Program-made: the position numbers and the translations under genes | Shown: piece after piece, positions 47,293 through 61,100 of the stretch | Layout of the letters: every line of letters starts with the position of its first letter | Position numbering within the stretch: position 1 is the first letter of the stretch | Notes under the pieces: generated by a model | Seen by the model: only the letters and a program-made list of their open reading frames with translations | Told to the model about the DNA's origin: nothing | The model's database searches: none | Source: Mytilus californianus | Taxonomy: Eukaryota | Assembly (NCBI RefSeq): GCF_021869535.1 | Contig: NW_026262680.1 | Coordinates: 372,001 to 436,000 of the forward strand | Reading direction: 5' to 3' | DNA: 64,000 nt

Positions 47293-48254
47293 TAAATCTT
47301 CAACTTTACCCATCTGTATTTATGCTATCAATATTAGCAACTTTTTTGTTTTTGATGAAATGTGAAAAGAATATTTACGAATCAAATTTTGTATAAATTA
47401 AGTTATATCACAAACTTGTATCAAAAGATATATAATGACAGCAAAGTGGACTTGTGACTAATTATTTTCTTATTCCAACTGTAGATCATAATAGAACAAC
47501 AAATGAATGTAAAAAGGCAAAGTTTATAGATTCAAGAATAATGAGAATGAAATTCAGTTTGAAATTTATTTTATAATGTTGAGATAATTATACTAATTAA
47601 TTCATAGAAGATTTGCGTTTATGTTTTTTTTTATTCTGCAATATTTTAAGCATTAATCTTTAATGTATGATCTTGTATCCCTTCATCTGATTTTCTTTTC
47701 ATGACAATGTTCATTTCTTTGAACTTGCTGTCAAATATTCTATTTTTTTCTGCTTTTTGCATTTATTAATAAATTGTTGTTTATAGCAATATTTAACTTC
47801 CATTGACCTATTTTGAATTCATTTCTTCCTATAGGTTGTTTTTACTTTATGTGTATATTTGTGTACTTGTTAATGAATGAGAATATAGATGTGTGAAAAA
47901 CTAACATATTTTAATGATGTTGAATTTATACTGATCTGTGATGATATTTTTGAATAAATATTTTTATAAAATGGCATTTATTAATTTGGTAATCCCTGTA
48001 AGCACAAAACAAAAAAATAATTGTGTGTCATAGATTTTAATTTCACACTGTACACAATTTACAAGTGTATAAATATTTATCTAAATTTTGAAGTTTACAT
48101 GTCAGATTTGCTTGGCTGCATTGCAATCACTTTGACCATCCATCTGTTTTCTCCAAAAAATATTTTTGTCTCTCTTTTCTCTGGTACTATTGAACAGAAT
48201 GGCTTCATATTTGCTTAGCATCTTGACAGTGATGACAAGTAACATCTAAACCCA

Positions 48255-48678
48255 TTTTATGCCCCCGCAAAAGCGGAGGAGGCATTAAGTTTTACCCATG
48301 TCTGTCCGTACATCCAAAAATTGTTTCCTTTCTCTTACTTTAGTTTGCCTCAACCAAATGTTATGAAACTTATGCATAATGCTTATTACCACAGAACACA
48401 GATCAAGTTTGATCTTTGGTGGCATCACTTTTACTGTTCCAGAGTTATGTCCCTTTACAAATGGAAAAATTGCTGAATTTTTCGTTTCCATTCTATAACT
48501 TAAGTTTACCTCAACCAAATGTTTTATAACTTATACACAATGCTTATAACAACAAAACTCAGACCAATAAAAATTTTGGTAGCATCATTTTTACCGTTCT
48601 AGTGTTATGTCCCTTCATAACATTATATATGCAAGCAGGGGCATCATCTGTGTCCCATGGACACATTCCCCATTTATT
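48255..48678 (+). mobile_element. HINE-like element
   Basis: 5' ttttatgcccccgc, tctgtccgt microsatellite, two internal subrepeats, 3' subTIR gcaggggcat and hairpin gtgtcc-cat-ggacac. An inverted family copy lies at 61275-61800. Confidence 0.75.
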
Positions 48679-48766
48679 ATAGATTAGGCCGTTAGTTTTC
48701 TCATTTGAATTGTTTCATATTTTTTTAATCTGTCTCGGCGGTCTCATGGCAGCATGCTAACCTCAG

Positions 48767-49085
48767 GTGTGGGAGGTTGTGGGTCAATCTAACCTGGCTG
48801 GGTCAAACCAAATTGTTTAAAACTGATATTTGCTGCTTCCCTGCTAATCACTCAGCATTAAGGAGTGAAAGCAAAGACTGGTTGTCTCAGAGTCAGAATA
48901 ATGTGTCTGTATTGGGTGACATGTTTTTCTGGTGACTGTTACCTTGTGAACTAGCATGTTAAAAATCAGGCTCAGCGTATCTGCAAAGTACAAAGCTGGG
49001 TTAGCATTCATATCATATTTACATGTCCTGAATATGCATTTGATTTGCTGCTGGACATTAAAAAGCCATCCAACATCATCATCAT
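48767..49085 (+). mobile_element. CORE-type SINE (BivaCORE-like), degenerate
   Basis: Core gatatttgctgcttccctgctaatcactcagcattaaggagtgaaagcaaagactggttg and a catcatcat tail. Homologous to 17565-17895. Confidence 0.75.
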
Positions 49086-49283
49086 TGTACTTTCTCTGTC
49101 CTGGACATATATAGATTTATTCATCTGTTCTACATGTCTGCATATATACATTCAAGTTTGTATAAGTTTATGTGTTACAGTCTATTTCTCAGAAGAAAAA
49201 AAAAATTATATGTTGCTCTATAATCCTTTTGTACAGTGCAAGGCCATTTGGCAACGACAAACAGTTTATGCTTTAGCTATTAA

Positions 49284-49557
49284 GGTGGTACCTAACACTA
49301 CAGGGAGATAACTCTGTAAAAATCAGCTAAACGTTTTAATTACATTGTATTGTTAAGGAAATATTAAGCTTCTCAATGATCAAAATTAGTGTTTGTCAAA
49401 CTGCTATATAACCAACGAAATTTTTCTGATAAAGTGGTTGGTTCAAATTTTTTGAAATTTTTATATTTTTGTCAAAGGGTCAAAGTAAACATTTTGTCAA
49501 AATTTTATGAAAATTAAACGAGCCAAATTAATATTAGTCAAGGTGTTGGGTACCACC
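49284..49557. mobile_element. 274-bp Kolobok-type MITE with TTAA TSD
   Basis: ttaa|ggtggtacctaacac ... gtgttgggtaccacc|ttaa. RR termini with TTAA TSDs are the established Kolobok signature. Confidence 0.8.
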
Positions 49558-50169
49558 TTAAGGAGTTTAAAAAAAATTATGCAATGTGGAAATATGACCT
49601 AACCAATCTTATACCAACATATCATTATGTAAGAATTCAATGTACGAAATAATTGCCTAAATTTAAGAAGCCTGGTGAGCAGATGTCCCTAAAAATCTAC
49701 TGGACTGCCTTGAAATTAAGTGGCCAGGGGCCAGCAAGTTACCGCTGATTTTGAATCCTGAGAATTGATATGGTTTGTATCTCCTCTAGTATTCTTTAAG
49801 TATGACATGGCTGGTTTCATCATCTTTCTCTTGTATTTCATCTAAGACTATGCCTCTAGATGAGTTGATTCATAAAAAAAAAATAATTTTTAACATTCCA
49901 ATTCTTGTCCAAATTTTTGGTTCTTAAGCTGCTTATTGCTTTGGTGCAAGTGCTTCTACTAATGTGATTAACCAATTTAGTGCAAAGAAATTAAGGATCA
50001 ACCCCCAAAAAAAGCCACTTACAGCTGTAATGCAGCAAGAGTTATGCAAATCCATTGAAAAACTAGACTACCAAAATTCTTGCCAGTCTAAGCTAATTCA
50101 TTGACACATTACAAGAGAGTTATTTCAATCCTTATTTCTTTGATATGGGAAGTGTCAAGTGAATATTTT

Positions 50170-50715
50170 GCAATGAAGTAGTACCATGGAGATTATTTGG
50201 CCCCATCCCCTTAGTCATGGTCTATTGCCTTTGAAACCTTTGCTTAGTTTTGAATTAGGTCAGTTTGTTTGGAACTACTAATGGTAAGTCAATGATATTT
50301 TGTGTGTTGTTGTATCAGCACATCTCATAACCGTGGAGGTTTTTGGCCATGCTCCACTCAGTCATGGTCTATTGACTCATAGTCAAAGTGTGTGATTGAT
50401 TAGTTTGAAGGGAACCACTAATGGTAAGTCAATGATATTTGGTATGTAGTTGTATTAGTTTTAGCACATCTCATTTCCATGAAGATTATATGGCTCTACC
50501 CCCTCATTCATGGTTAATTGACTTTGGAATTTTTGCATAGCTTAAACACTCAGGTTTGTGATTAAATCAGTTTAAGGGGAGCCACTTTTGATGTCACAGA
50601 AATATTGGTATGCATTTGTTTTTGTATTGGTTTATCTCATTACTGTGGAGTTTATCTGGCCCTGAACCTTTAGTCATTGTTCAATGGCTGGATGTTTTGC
50701 AGTTTACATGTTAAA
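50170..50715. repeat. Diverged ~145-165-bp tandem array (probably the interior of an old HINE)
   Basis: agtcatggtctattg..gaac(c/t)actaatggtaagtcaatgatattt..agcacatctcat recurs about 3.5 times. Confidence 0.65.
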
Positions 50716-50737
50716 CGTATTGCCATTTTATTATCAA

Positions 50738-51130
50738 ATAAAATTGAGAATGGAAATGGGGAATGTGTCAAAGAGACAACAACCCGACCATAGAGCAGAC
50801 AACAGCCGAAGGCCACCAATGGGTCTTCAATGCAGCGAGAAATTCCCGCACCCGGAGGCGTCCTTCAGCTGGCCCCTAAACAAATATGTATACTAGTTCA
50901 GTGATAATGGACGTCATACTGAACTCCAAATTATACACAAGAAACTTAAATTAAAAATGGTACAAGACTAACAAAGGCCAGAGGCTCCTGACTTGGGACA
51001 GGCGCAAAAATGCGGCAGGGTTAAACATGTTTTTTGAGATCTCAACCCTTCCCCTACACCTCTAGCCAATGTAGAAAAAACAAACGCACAACAGTACGCA
51101 CAGTAAAACTCAGTTTAAGAGTGGTCCGAT
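50738..51130 (+). mobile_element. Near-intact copy of a high-copy SINE-like repeat
   Basis: aataaaattgagaatggaaatggggaatgtgtcaaagagacaacaacc..gaggctcctgacttgggacaggcgcaaaaatgcggcagggttaaacatg. Matches 25220-25265, 25500-25570 and (reverse) 61625-61772. Confidence 0.75.
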
Positions 51131-51319
51131 GTCAGAATAGGAAATAGGAAAGTATGCATTTTACTATCAAAATACATACAGGTAAGATATATCTCTGTGT
51201 CGAGAATATTATGGCAAAAGCATAAGTTTTAATTATACATTATCATTGACCGTAAACTTTACTGTTTTCATTTATTTTGTTATTATACTTGCCACAACAC
51301 TATGTCCAAACTCCCAAGA

Positions 51320-51545
51320 CAGTGGCAACAGGTTGGGTGCTACATGTGGAGCAGGATCTGCTAACCCTACCAGACCTCCTGAGATCACCCTGAGTTTTTG
51401 GTGGGGTTTGTGTTGCTCAGTCTTTAGTTTTTTTTGTTGTTTTTTGTGAACTGTTGTTTGTCTTTTTCTTTTTTAGCCATGGCATTGTCAGTTTATTTTA
51501 TGACTTGTGAGTTTGAATGTCTCTTTGGTATCTTTCACCTCTCTT
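51320..51545 (+). mobile_element. Penelope-derived non-autonomous fragment
   Basis: Homologous to 32410-32635. Confidence 0.65.
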
Positions 51546-54500
51546 TTAGAGTTTTTCCCCATTTGTAGCCAAGCAATAACTGTAAAGGCTATTGTATAGA
51601 CACCTATTTTCGAAGACTGTTTATTATCCTTCAGATAACTTCAGGTTATTTTTGTTGTGTTGTTATTTCATATACATATATTTATATATGTTCACATGGC
51701 AGGGTCAAACAAAGTTTTTTTTATATCTTGATCATTAAGATATTAAAATGAGTCCTGGAAATGCTGTGATGTCTTTAAATACTGTAGATTCTGAAATTTT
51801 TGCAATGTTTTTATTATTGTGTTGAATGTGACGGGATAGGATTTGCAAAACTAAAAACTCCAAATACACACTTTCGGCTCCATAAAAAAGAATTAATAAA
51901 ATAATTTTTTAATATAATTTCAACAAGCAAATATGAGTTAACACAAAACATAAACTGGGCATATAAATCCCTTTTGATATGTGAATACATTTCTATTGCA
52001 TTATATAACATTATCACATATTTACAAATGAAAGAATTGTGGCTAAAATAGAGTTCCAAATCATGAGACAACTCTTGCTACAAAATGTTTGAACATCAAG
52101 GTATAGCATATTGCTGACACAGACTATCAATTTCAAGGCAGACATCAAGTTATCTTATATATGAGTATTTTCTTTTCATGTCAAGTGCTTCAAACCCCAA
52201 TAAACCCTTTTCTACAAACTATATGCATCAATGATAAATTTTTCATTGTGGTTTTCTTTCATTTTTTCTGATTGTATTGGGTCTTCCAATTTCATCAAAT
52301 CCATAACCATAAACACATTGACTATAAATAAGTAAAAATGTAATGTATTGATTTATATTTTTATGATACACGTTTCTTTTTTTTTACCATTCTTGAAAAA
52401 TTAAAATCCACACCTTTTCTATTCTGAAAGACACATTAGGGTATGCAAAACAAAACTTAATTATTTTTCGATGATCTTCTGAAACAAAAAGATTTCACAT
52501 TAATTGTCATGACAACAAATTGTAAATAAGCACTTGGTGTACATCTCAAAATAAAAAATATAAACATGCACTGAAATCACAGTCAAGAACTTGGATGTTC
52601 CATATATTAACTGATTTCCTAGATAAGTAAAATTGTTGAAATATCTTGAATGTGCTTAATGTCTTCAAAAGAATGTAATCATAAATGAAACGAATATTCA
52701 TGTATGCTTAGGGCTGTTCTAAAATTGATGGTGGTTGTGGTTGAGCGATTGGAGCCCTTTAAATTAATTAATTGTGGGTTGGTTTTTTTTCTTAGAATTT
52801 TATAGGAATTATAATTAATTATGAAAATTTCATACTATGGGTGGTTTGGGTCTAAAAATGACTTCCACATCCTCCATTTGTTTAATTCTGGAACACCCCA
52901 AAACAAGAACAAATACAATGTATATAAAATGTCATGTAAATAGTATAAGAAACTGTAACAAAACAAGGGTCATTAACATATAATTAACATATATACAATT
53001 ATATAATATACACATTTAAATTGAATACTGTCATGATTTTAACCCTGTAATGATGATCCTTAACTTCTTTTTTTTAATACAGATTCAACACAACTTTGAA
53101 AAAATAATATTCCCAATTTCACGTTTTGATATTTTTGGAAATTTTGCATTTTTTTTTGTTTGAACCACAATTTAACAGAAGCCTGAACATTAAAAACAGG
53201 TATAATTCTGATGAAAATTGGAAAAACCAACATCAATTTTTTTTCTGAGTCAATCTAGTTTTAGTGATTATATTTACAGTATTATAACAATATGGGCAGC
53301 ATGTAAGAACGGAGACATATTTCTACATATAAAATAAAACATTTTAAAATTTACACAAAATTAGTTACTGGCTCTAGTATAATTAATACTTGGTATATAA
53401 CACATTGCATATAATTTTACTGTAACAACTACAATTCAATGAAACCCTGGTTTTAATAGTTAAATCTACATAGAAGAATAAGAGATCAAAGTATATGTCT
53501 AATACTCCCATACACATTTTCTCTTTCAGCTAAAAATATAATTTTTTTCTAAAATGACACATGGGCTTAGAGTAGCTATAAATATAATTCAACATGGTTC
53601 AGGTCTATATCAGATGAAACCTTGCATAATTGTTAACTCATCTTACAAAATCTGTATATAGTTTGCATCATCCTCGACTTTGAACTTATGAATTTGCTTG
53701 TCTACCCTTTTTGCAACTTGCAAGAAAAGTTTGTCAATTTCAAAATGAGTTGATGGGTTGCAGCCTCCCTGGGGGTTACCCAAAATCTAATTTTGTATTA
53801 TATAGTTATGCAAAAAGTTTACTTGTTATGAGAAAGAAAACTTACATATATTGAAATGCTTATTCTAAAAAAAATCAAGTCATTCAATGTGACAGTGGTA
53901 AATGTCCTCTGCATGAAACACTTTTGAATTATCACCACCGGAATAATGAATGATCTTATAACCATGCCAACACAGAACATGTGTGAATAATATCTGTAAA
54001 CAAAATGACGTCCTACAGAAATATAATTTCACCATTAAACATGACTGATTTTTCTTTACCCAAAATGTCCAGTGGCAAGTAGTTCATGCATAGTCAGATT
54101 TAAAAACAAATCAAATCAAAATGCAATAATGTATGTCCTGCAATAGTGAATAAACTCTGATAAAATCGGCAAATCTTATTGTCACTTGAAAAGTGGATTA
54201 GTCAAGATATGAAAGACAGATCTCTCAATGTCATAAAAAGGACTCGTTGAAACATGTAAAAAGTGTGTTAATCTCTAAATTTATCGTTAAAATCTTAAGG
54301 AGTAATATATATTTACATATGTTTATATAAAACATCAAATATCAGATAAATCCTGTGCTGTTACTTGGTTATAGGTACTACTATTACATACAAGTCTATA
54401 AATGTCATTTTTACAATGATTATAGGATTTTTCTTGGTAATTTATAACATATTTGTGTTAATTATAGCTGAAATAATTATTACTAAATTCATTTATGCAT

Positions 54501-55188
54501 CTTAATACTCAATCCTTTTGAGACAATTTTGCTTTAAAAAATCTTGATATTACCCTTTTACCACACTTAATTTTTGATTAAATTGAGACTTGTTTTAATC
54601 AATTGAGACTTGAAATATATCTAATACATCTAGTCTTAAGCCCACCCATCATTCCGCTCTCCTGCCTATCATCATAATATAAGCTGGTTTAGGACTTTGT
54701 ACGACCCAATCAATAAAAGGGGTTGCAAATAGCAATAAATTTAACTTTGCCGTGAATGTATAAATGGGGAGCAGAGAGTATGAACTTGAACTCACCTCAC
54801 ATTTTTTTCTGATATCTATTGAATTTAATATTAAGGCTTTCCTTTTTCTTTTAGAAAAAACTCCTTTAAATATACATTTGGACAAAGTCAAATAAAAATG
54901 ATATTTTCATCATTTAAAGCTGTCAGTTATCAGGTCTCTTCATTACAACCCTGCATTAGACATATAAATACAATAGAAGAAAACTGTAGTACAGCTTTGT
55001 AGATTCATATAATCTTTCTGTAAAATTGAGCATATTTTAATTATACATTTCTCAGGCCTGAGTAATTCCAAGTCTTTTTCATATATATCTATCTACTTTT
55101 TACATCATTTTCAAAAATTGAAGGAGTATAACCACAACATTTTTCTTTCACTTCTCTTGCTAAAAATGAAAGATTAAAACAATCCTGC

Positions 55189-58100
55189 TTAGATTTTCAT
55201 CATAGCTATATCTTTAGTAATGACCGTGTGGACATCTTCATCATCACTAAACTGTGTTTTCATTCCTCCAACTTTCATCCTGTGTCTTTCCTCTGCTCTT
55301 TTCTTCTTCTCCATCTTCTTTGCTTCCTTTCTTTCTTTAGCTGACACCCTGGTATCCTGAAAGAGGAATTTAGTGTTTAAGTCTACTGTGGATTCATATA
55401 TTAGTGGGGTACCAGATTTCATTGATTTCAAGGGTACAGATTAACAACAAAATTAAATGTTCAAAGAAGCAAAATATTTCTATAGGCTGAAACTACAAAA
55501 TCAAATATCCATAAAAATAGAATTTTTCATCAATCCATGGAAATTGGTCAGTGTTCTCCCCAGGGCCTTTTAGCATCATGGTAATGTGATGGTATAATCT
55601 TGAATGTGATGCTATCTGAATTGGTTTTCTTATAGATTATGTTATGGATGTGATGCTATAATTTAAAAAAAACAATATGGTATTTCAATTTCCCCTGATT
55701 ACCAGGATGCTAAATGAAATATCTGGGGAGAACACTGTTGGTATCCACAAAAATGGCCTTGATTTGAATAAAAGTCTCCCAGTTATATTGAAACAAAATC
55801 TGTACCTTTTTAGGTCTAGCTCCTCCATTACTGCTTATAGAATCATATCCAGAGCTGCCACCATAACTGTTGTCTCTTACATGGTTAGACACAGGAGAAT
55901 TGTTACCAGTACACACTCCACTATCTGTTGATGTTCGTTGTGATACCTCGGAGGAAGTTTCTGTATTAAAACCTGAAATTGAATCATTTTCTTTGTGAGA
56001 ATATATAAAGTGTGTATAATAACCTTATATTGAAACAAGAGGAATATTATACACAAATGTGAGATTAATTGATTGGTGTTTAATGCCACTTTCAGCACTA
56101 TTGGCTATTTTGTGGCAGTCAGTTTTTATTGGTGGAGAGAACCACAACCTTCGGCAGGAAAACAAATGTGACAAAAATTACTTATCTCCAAAAGGAGTAC
56201 ACTAAACATGGAGAATTTTCTTTTTAATTTTCCAATTTTTTTTCCATTCATGCAAAAAATGTGAAATAATGAACTTAATTATTGCAAGAAATATTTTAAC
56301 TACATCATGTACGGGCATGGCTTTAATTTGTCTTCAGCTGTTTTTGATTTGCAAAAGTTATCCTGAATTTAATTTACATCATCATTCAGACTAAGGGAAA
56401 CTTGATCGGTTGATTTTTAGTGTGTAATGCCACTTTCAGCATTATTTGCTATTTCATGATAGTCAGTTTTTATAAGTGCAGGAAGCAGGAGTGAACGCAG
56501 AGAACCACCAACTTTTGTGATGGAAAACTGGCAATCCTAGTCAATTAAGATTAGAGTAAAACGCACTTGCCATGTGTGGGGTTAAAAACTAACAACCCCA
56601 GTGTTGACAGGCTAGTGATATAATAGATGAACTACATAGACCACTCTGCCCTTTGAAACTTGATTTAGTCACAATATATGGTTAAAGAATTTTTTTTAAG
56701 AGCAAGATACTTACTTTCATCTGTTAGAGTCATGATCTGTAATATATGGGCAATAGCACTATCAACATCATTATCACATTCATACAGTGACTCATGTATC
56801 ATTGTCAAGTCCTGAAATAGAAAAAGTTATCTCCCATTATACCAAAATGACAGACACATTATCACAATGGCCATATTTGATATTGTATAATTTTGAAAAA
56901 TAGAGTTTTTGCTAGATTTTGTTTACCCTATTTCACAAATACCAGCAACAATTTACTATTCTAATTTCTACAGAAAAATAATATTTAGTTTCATTGTCAT
57001 TTATATCATGTATATAATCAATAACTGGGAATATCTTGTACATGTCAAATTATCAAAATGTTGTGAGTAATCTCCCATCTTAGATTATGACCATGAAAGT
57101 TTCAGTCAAATCTTCAAATGTAAAAAGTTATCTCCCTTTATCATGTTTATATGTATATAAACAAAATCTAATAGCTTCTTCAAAAACCTTTAACCTTAAA
57201 ATCATGGAAAGTTACTTGTCTGAACTGAGATTTTTGTAATATATCATTTAATTCCTATTTCATTATACTGTGGATTCATTTACTTTTTTGTGGATACCAA
57301 TTTTGTGGATTGAGAAATTTTTCATTTTTTGAGGATTAATTTTTTGGTTTTTCAAATTTCTGTATACAAGTGTGTGAAAAATGTTCATGACTGAACAATT
57401 TTATTTGTGGTATTCCTATACCCAAGCAATCCATGAGAAAATGAATACTAATGAATATCCATGAGAAAAGGAATACTAATGAATATCCATGAGAAAATGA
57501 ATACTAATGAATATCCATGAGAAAATGAATACTAATGAATCCAAAGTACATAAAAACAAAATCTATCATCAATAAGTTAATAAATGATTATTCATATGGT
57601 AAAATAAAAAGATCTCTTATTTGAAAATATCTTAATATTTCATTTCAAGACTTACATCACAACCTGTGGCAGCCATTATCTCCTGTTCTATTATCTCAAC
57701 ATCTCTGACAGCTTTGACGACCCTGCCACAATGTGGGATGTCCCCATTCATGACACCATTGGCCTGTGCCTTTTTCCCAGCTGCTGATTGTGTGTCATTC
57801 CCAATCTATCAAAACAATTAAAATGAATTCAAATATAACTGAAATAACAAGAACGCATGTGTTGTCCTGCTATGCAACCCCCACTTGAAATTAAGAGTAT
57901 TAGAAAACAGGAATTTGTTGTCAGATAGATCCCAGAAATACACACCTTTTAAAACTCATCACTGCTAAACTGTAGACAAAATATGAAGTCATTCTGTTAA
58001 ATAATTTCTAAAAAAAGTTACAAAAAATTTGTTGGACAAACAGATGGATGAGGTGATTGCAATATAGCCCCTTCCTAGACTGGGGTATAATATGCATTTT

Positions 58101-61100
58101 CTATGTGTTATATACCAGCATAAAGAATCATAAACATGATATATTATTCAACTTTACCATTTATAGACTTGAGGTGATTCCTAGATTGACAAAATGGTTT
58201 GGATGTTTGTACATTATTGGATAATATATGATATTCACTAGGTTTCTATAGATAACCAAAAGTTTACCCCTAAATTTTCGAAGTCAAGGGATCTAAAAAT
58301 TTCCAAGGTCAAGAATAAATAAAGTCCAAATATTCAAAGGCTCAATGAAAAAGAAGCCTTTTTATTTGTTATTTTTATCTTTTTATTTTAATTCTTTTTA
58401 ATGTCCTTGATTTTTGATTCTCTATTTAAATGATCAGTAAAAATTACGTACCTTTACCCTGATATTAGCCGGAGACTCTGTATTATCTCCATGTTTACGT
58501 ACACTGGAATAATGATCTCCATTATGGTAGGAGATATGTATCTGTTTTGTTGTTTGACTTTGTGTCTTAGGTCCCTGAATCTGTTCAAAAATAAAAATTT
58601 TAACGTTAAATTTTTCAACAATAATGTTACTTAACTACTTTCTCAAATTGTTTTTCACTAACATTTTTTTAAATGCTTAATGCAGTTTCTTTCCATTTAC
58701 ATTGCTTCTAATCATTTCAAAATATAGCTAGATTGCTCAAACTTGAGTAAAAATCGATAACAGTGTCCTTTGTAAATACCAATAGACAGTGCTGTTTCAA
58801 GCTGCAAGAATGATTGGGACAAATGAGTAAATCATTGTATATGTTCTCTTTGCCTAAAGAAGAAGGTATGATAAGCCCACTTTTTTTACCATTGAATTAA
58901 AAAATCTAAACATATTATAATACCTCCAGGTGTTCATGCGACATTAGTCTGACTGACTTCATTCATAGTTTGGAAAGTTCTCAACTATCATGTCTTTAAC
59001 ACATATTATGATGTTTTTAAACTTACCAATAAAAATGGTGAATTAAGTTGGTGTATAACAACATTGATTTGATACAACCTAGCAAAAGCCACAATGGCAT
59101 CATTCCCGGCATAGGTTCCTATAGCACTCAGGTTCTTAACTGTAAAGAGAAATATATGGTAGGTATTATTCTGCTATAAATGTGATTCATATGAATAAAA
59201 GAGGGACAGAAGATACAAAAGAAATGTTAAAAACTTACAAGTCAAACTAATAACGACATTGCAAAAAGCAAAAAAATAATGAAAAGACAAACAAGTCCAC
59301 AAACACTGTGATGAAAACTAAAAACTGACCAACATGAATACCACCAAAAACCAGGGTAATCTCAGATAAATTGTGTAACAGGAGTGTGTCTTATTTGAGA
59401 GATTTTCTCTGAATGGTACAGTGTTAACCTTTTTTACCTTAAAGAATAAATTAGGTAATAGTAGTCTATCTTATCTGAGAGATTTCCAATAATTTACAGT
59501 GTAATTTCATATAAAAATAAGGAGATGTAGCAGGATTGCCAATCTGAAAACTATCCATAGAGACCAATCATTTGGAAATGGCTTGAATTGTCAGGTCATA
59601 TCTTCATATGGTAATTCCATGTCAAATATAAACAACATTAGCATAGAAAAAAGGTCTAATTTTATCTGGACAAAAATTTGGAATACACTTTTTGTACTAG
59701 ATTCATGCATGGTTAAGATATATCAATCATGTCTCTTATGTATACCAATTATGTTTAATCCCGATTTTTAAAAACATTAAATTTTCTTTCACAACATTTT
59801 CAACATTTCTCTGTGATTACAAATATGCCACCCCTTTTAATGATGCAATAAATTTGAGTGTAAAATTTATATCATTTGAAAATAAAATCATTGAAAATTA
59901 ATGGGGTATAAAAGTGCATATTAAATTTAACCATATCTTAATGGAAAATTACAGTACATGGATCTATCATGCAACCTCAATTATTTTTTTTTTTTTTTTA
60001 TTCTCTAAAGTACCACTGAACTATTAGCCCTACAGTCATAAACTAATAAAACAATTTTATAGCATTTTGATAACATCTTAATTGACTTTTAAAAGTTTTT
60101 AAACTTTCAGAAGCAAAATTTTTACATGTTTTCAAATATGAAAACATGCAATTTGTCCAATTATCAGAACTAAAATTTAAAGCCTTTGGGAAAATAACAC
60201 CTTTTAAAATTCCAACCCGATATATTATCTGAACCAACCGTGACCCCAATTTCTATTATTGTGGGCTATTTAAAATAAATATACTTTAATAGGTGTAAAC
60301 GGGACATCTTTACAATGCTTGACATATAGTTAAGAGAAAGTTGAACTTCATATTACTGTGGTATTCAGTAAATTAAATGTCCGATCCCACGATCTTCTCA
60401 ACTGTCACAATACATGCAATATAGGATGTAGTTATGTAATATTGTAAAATTGTTATTGTGCATTTTTAATTTAACAAAAACATGTTTTTTAGATATGCTA
60501 ATCACTGAAATTTCCTGAACTTTTTTAGCATGTCTCAAGCCTTCACATTACTGATATTCAGTAATTTAAATGTCCGATCCCAAGATCATCTCCAGTGGTA
60601 TTGTCACAATATAGGGTGTTGTTATGTACATGTAATATTGTAAAATTATAATTTTGTATTTTTAACCAACATAAATATGTTTTTAAGATAGATACTCAAG
60701 TGAAAATATGATCACTGAATTTCCTGAATTATTGAAATTTATGTGCCTGTCTCAAGCCTTCACTGAATTACTGACATTCAGTAAATTACATGGACAATCC
60801 CATGATCATGTCAAGTGTCAGAATATAGGATCTTGTTATGTAATATTGTAAAATTGTTATTTTGTACTTTTAATCCAACATAAATATGTTTTCTAGGTAG
60901 ATACTCAAGTGAAAATATGATCACTGAATTTCCTTAGTATTAAACTTTCTGTGCCTGTCCTTAGCCTTCACTGAATTACTGACATTCAGTTATAAATTAA
61001 ATAGCCAATCCGACAATTATCTCCACCATCATATTATAGGCTATAATATATATGTTATGTATTGTAAAATTGTTATTTTGTATTTTTAATCAAACATAAA

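Noticed and set aside
52060-52325. Exon-like segment after a good acceptor (ttatttatag) on the minus strand
   Set aside because: All frames close within ~45 codons and I recognise no homology.
57429-57540. 28-bp x4 repeat as a CRISPR array
   Set aside because: The units are contiguous with no spacers, there are no cas genes, and the context is a eukaryotic intron.
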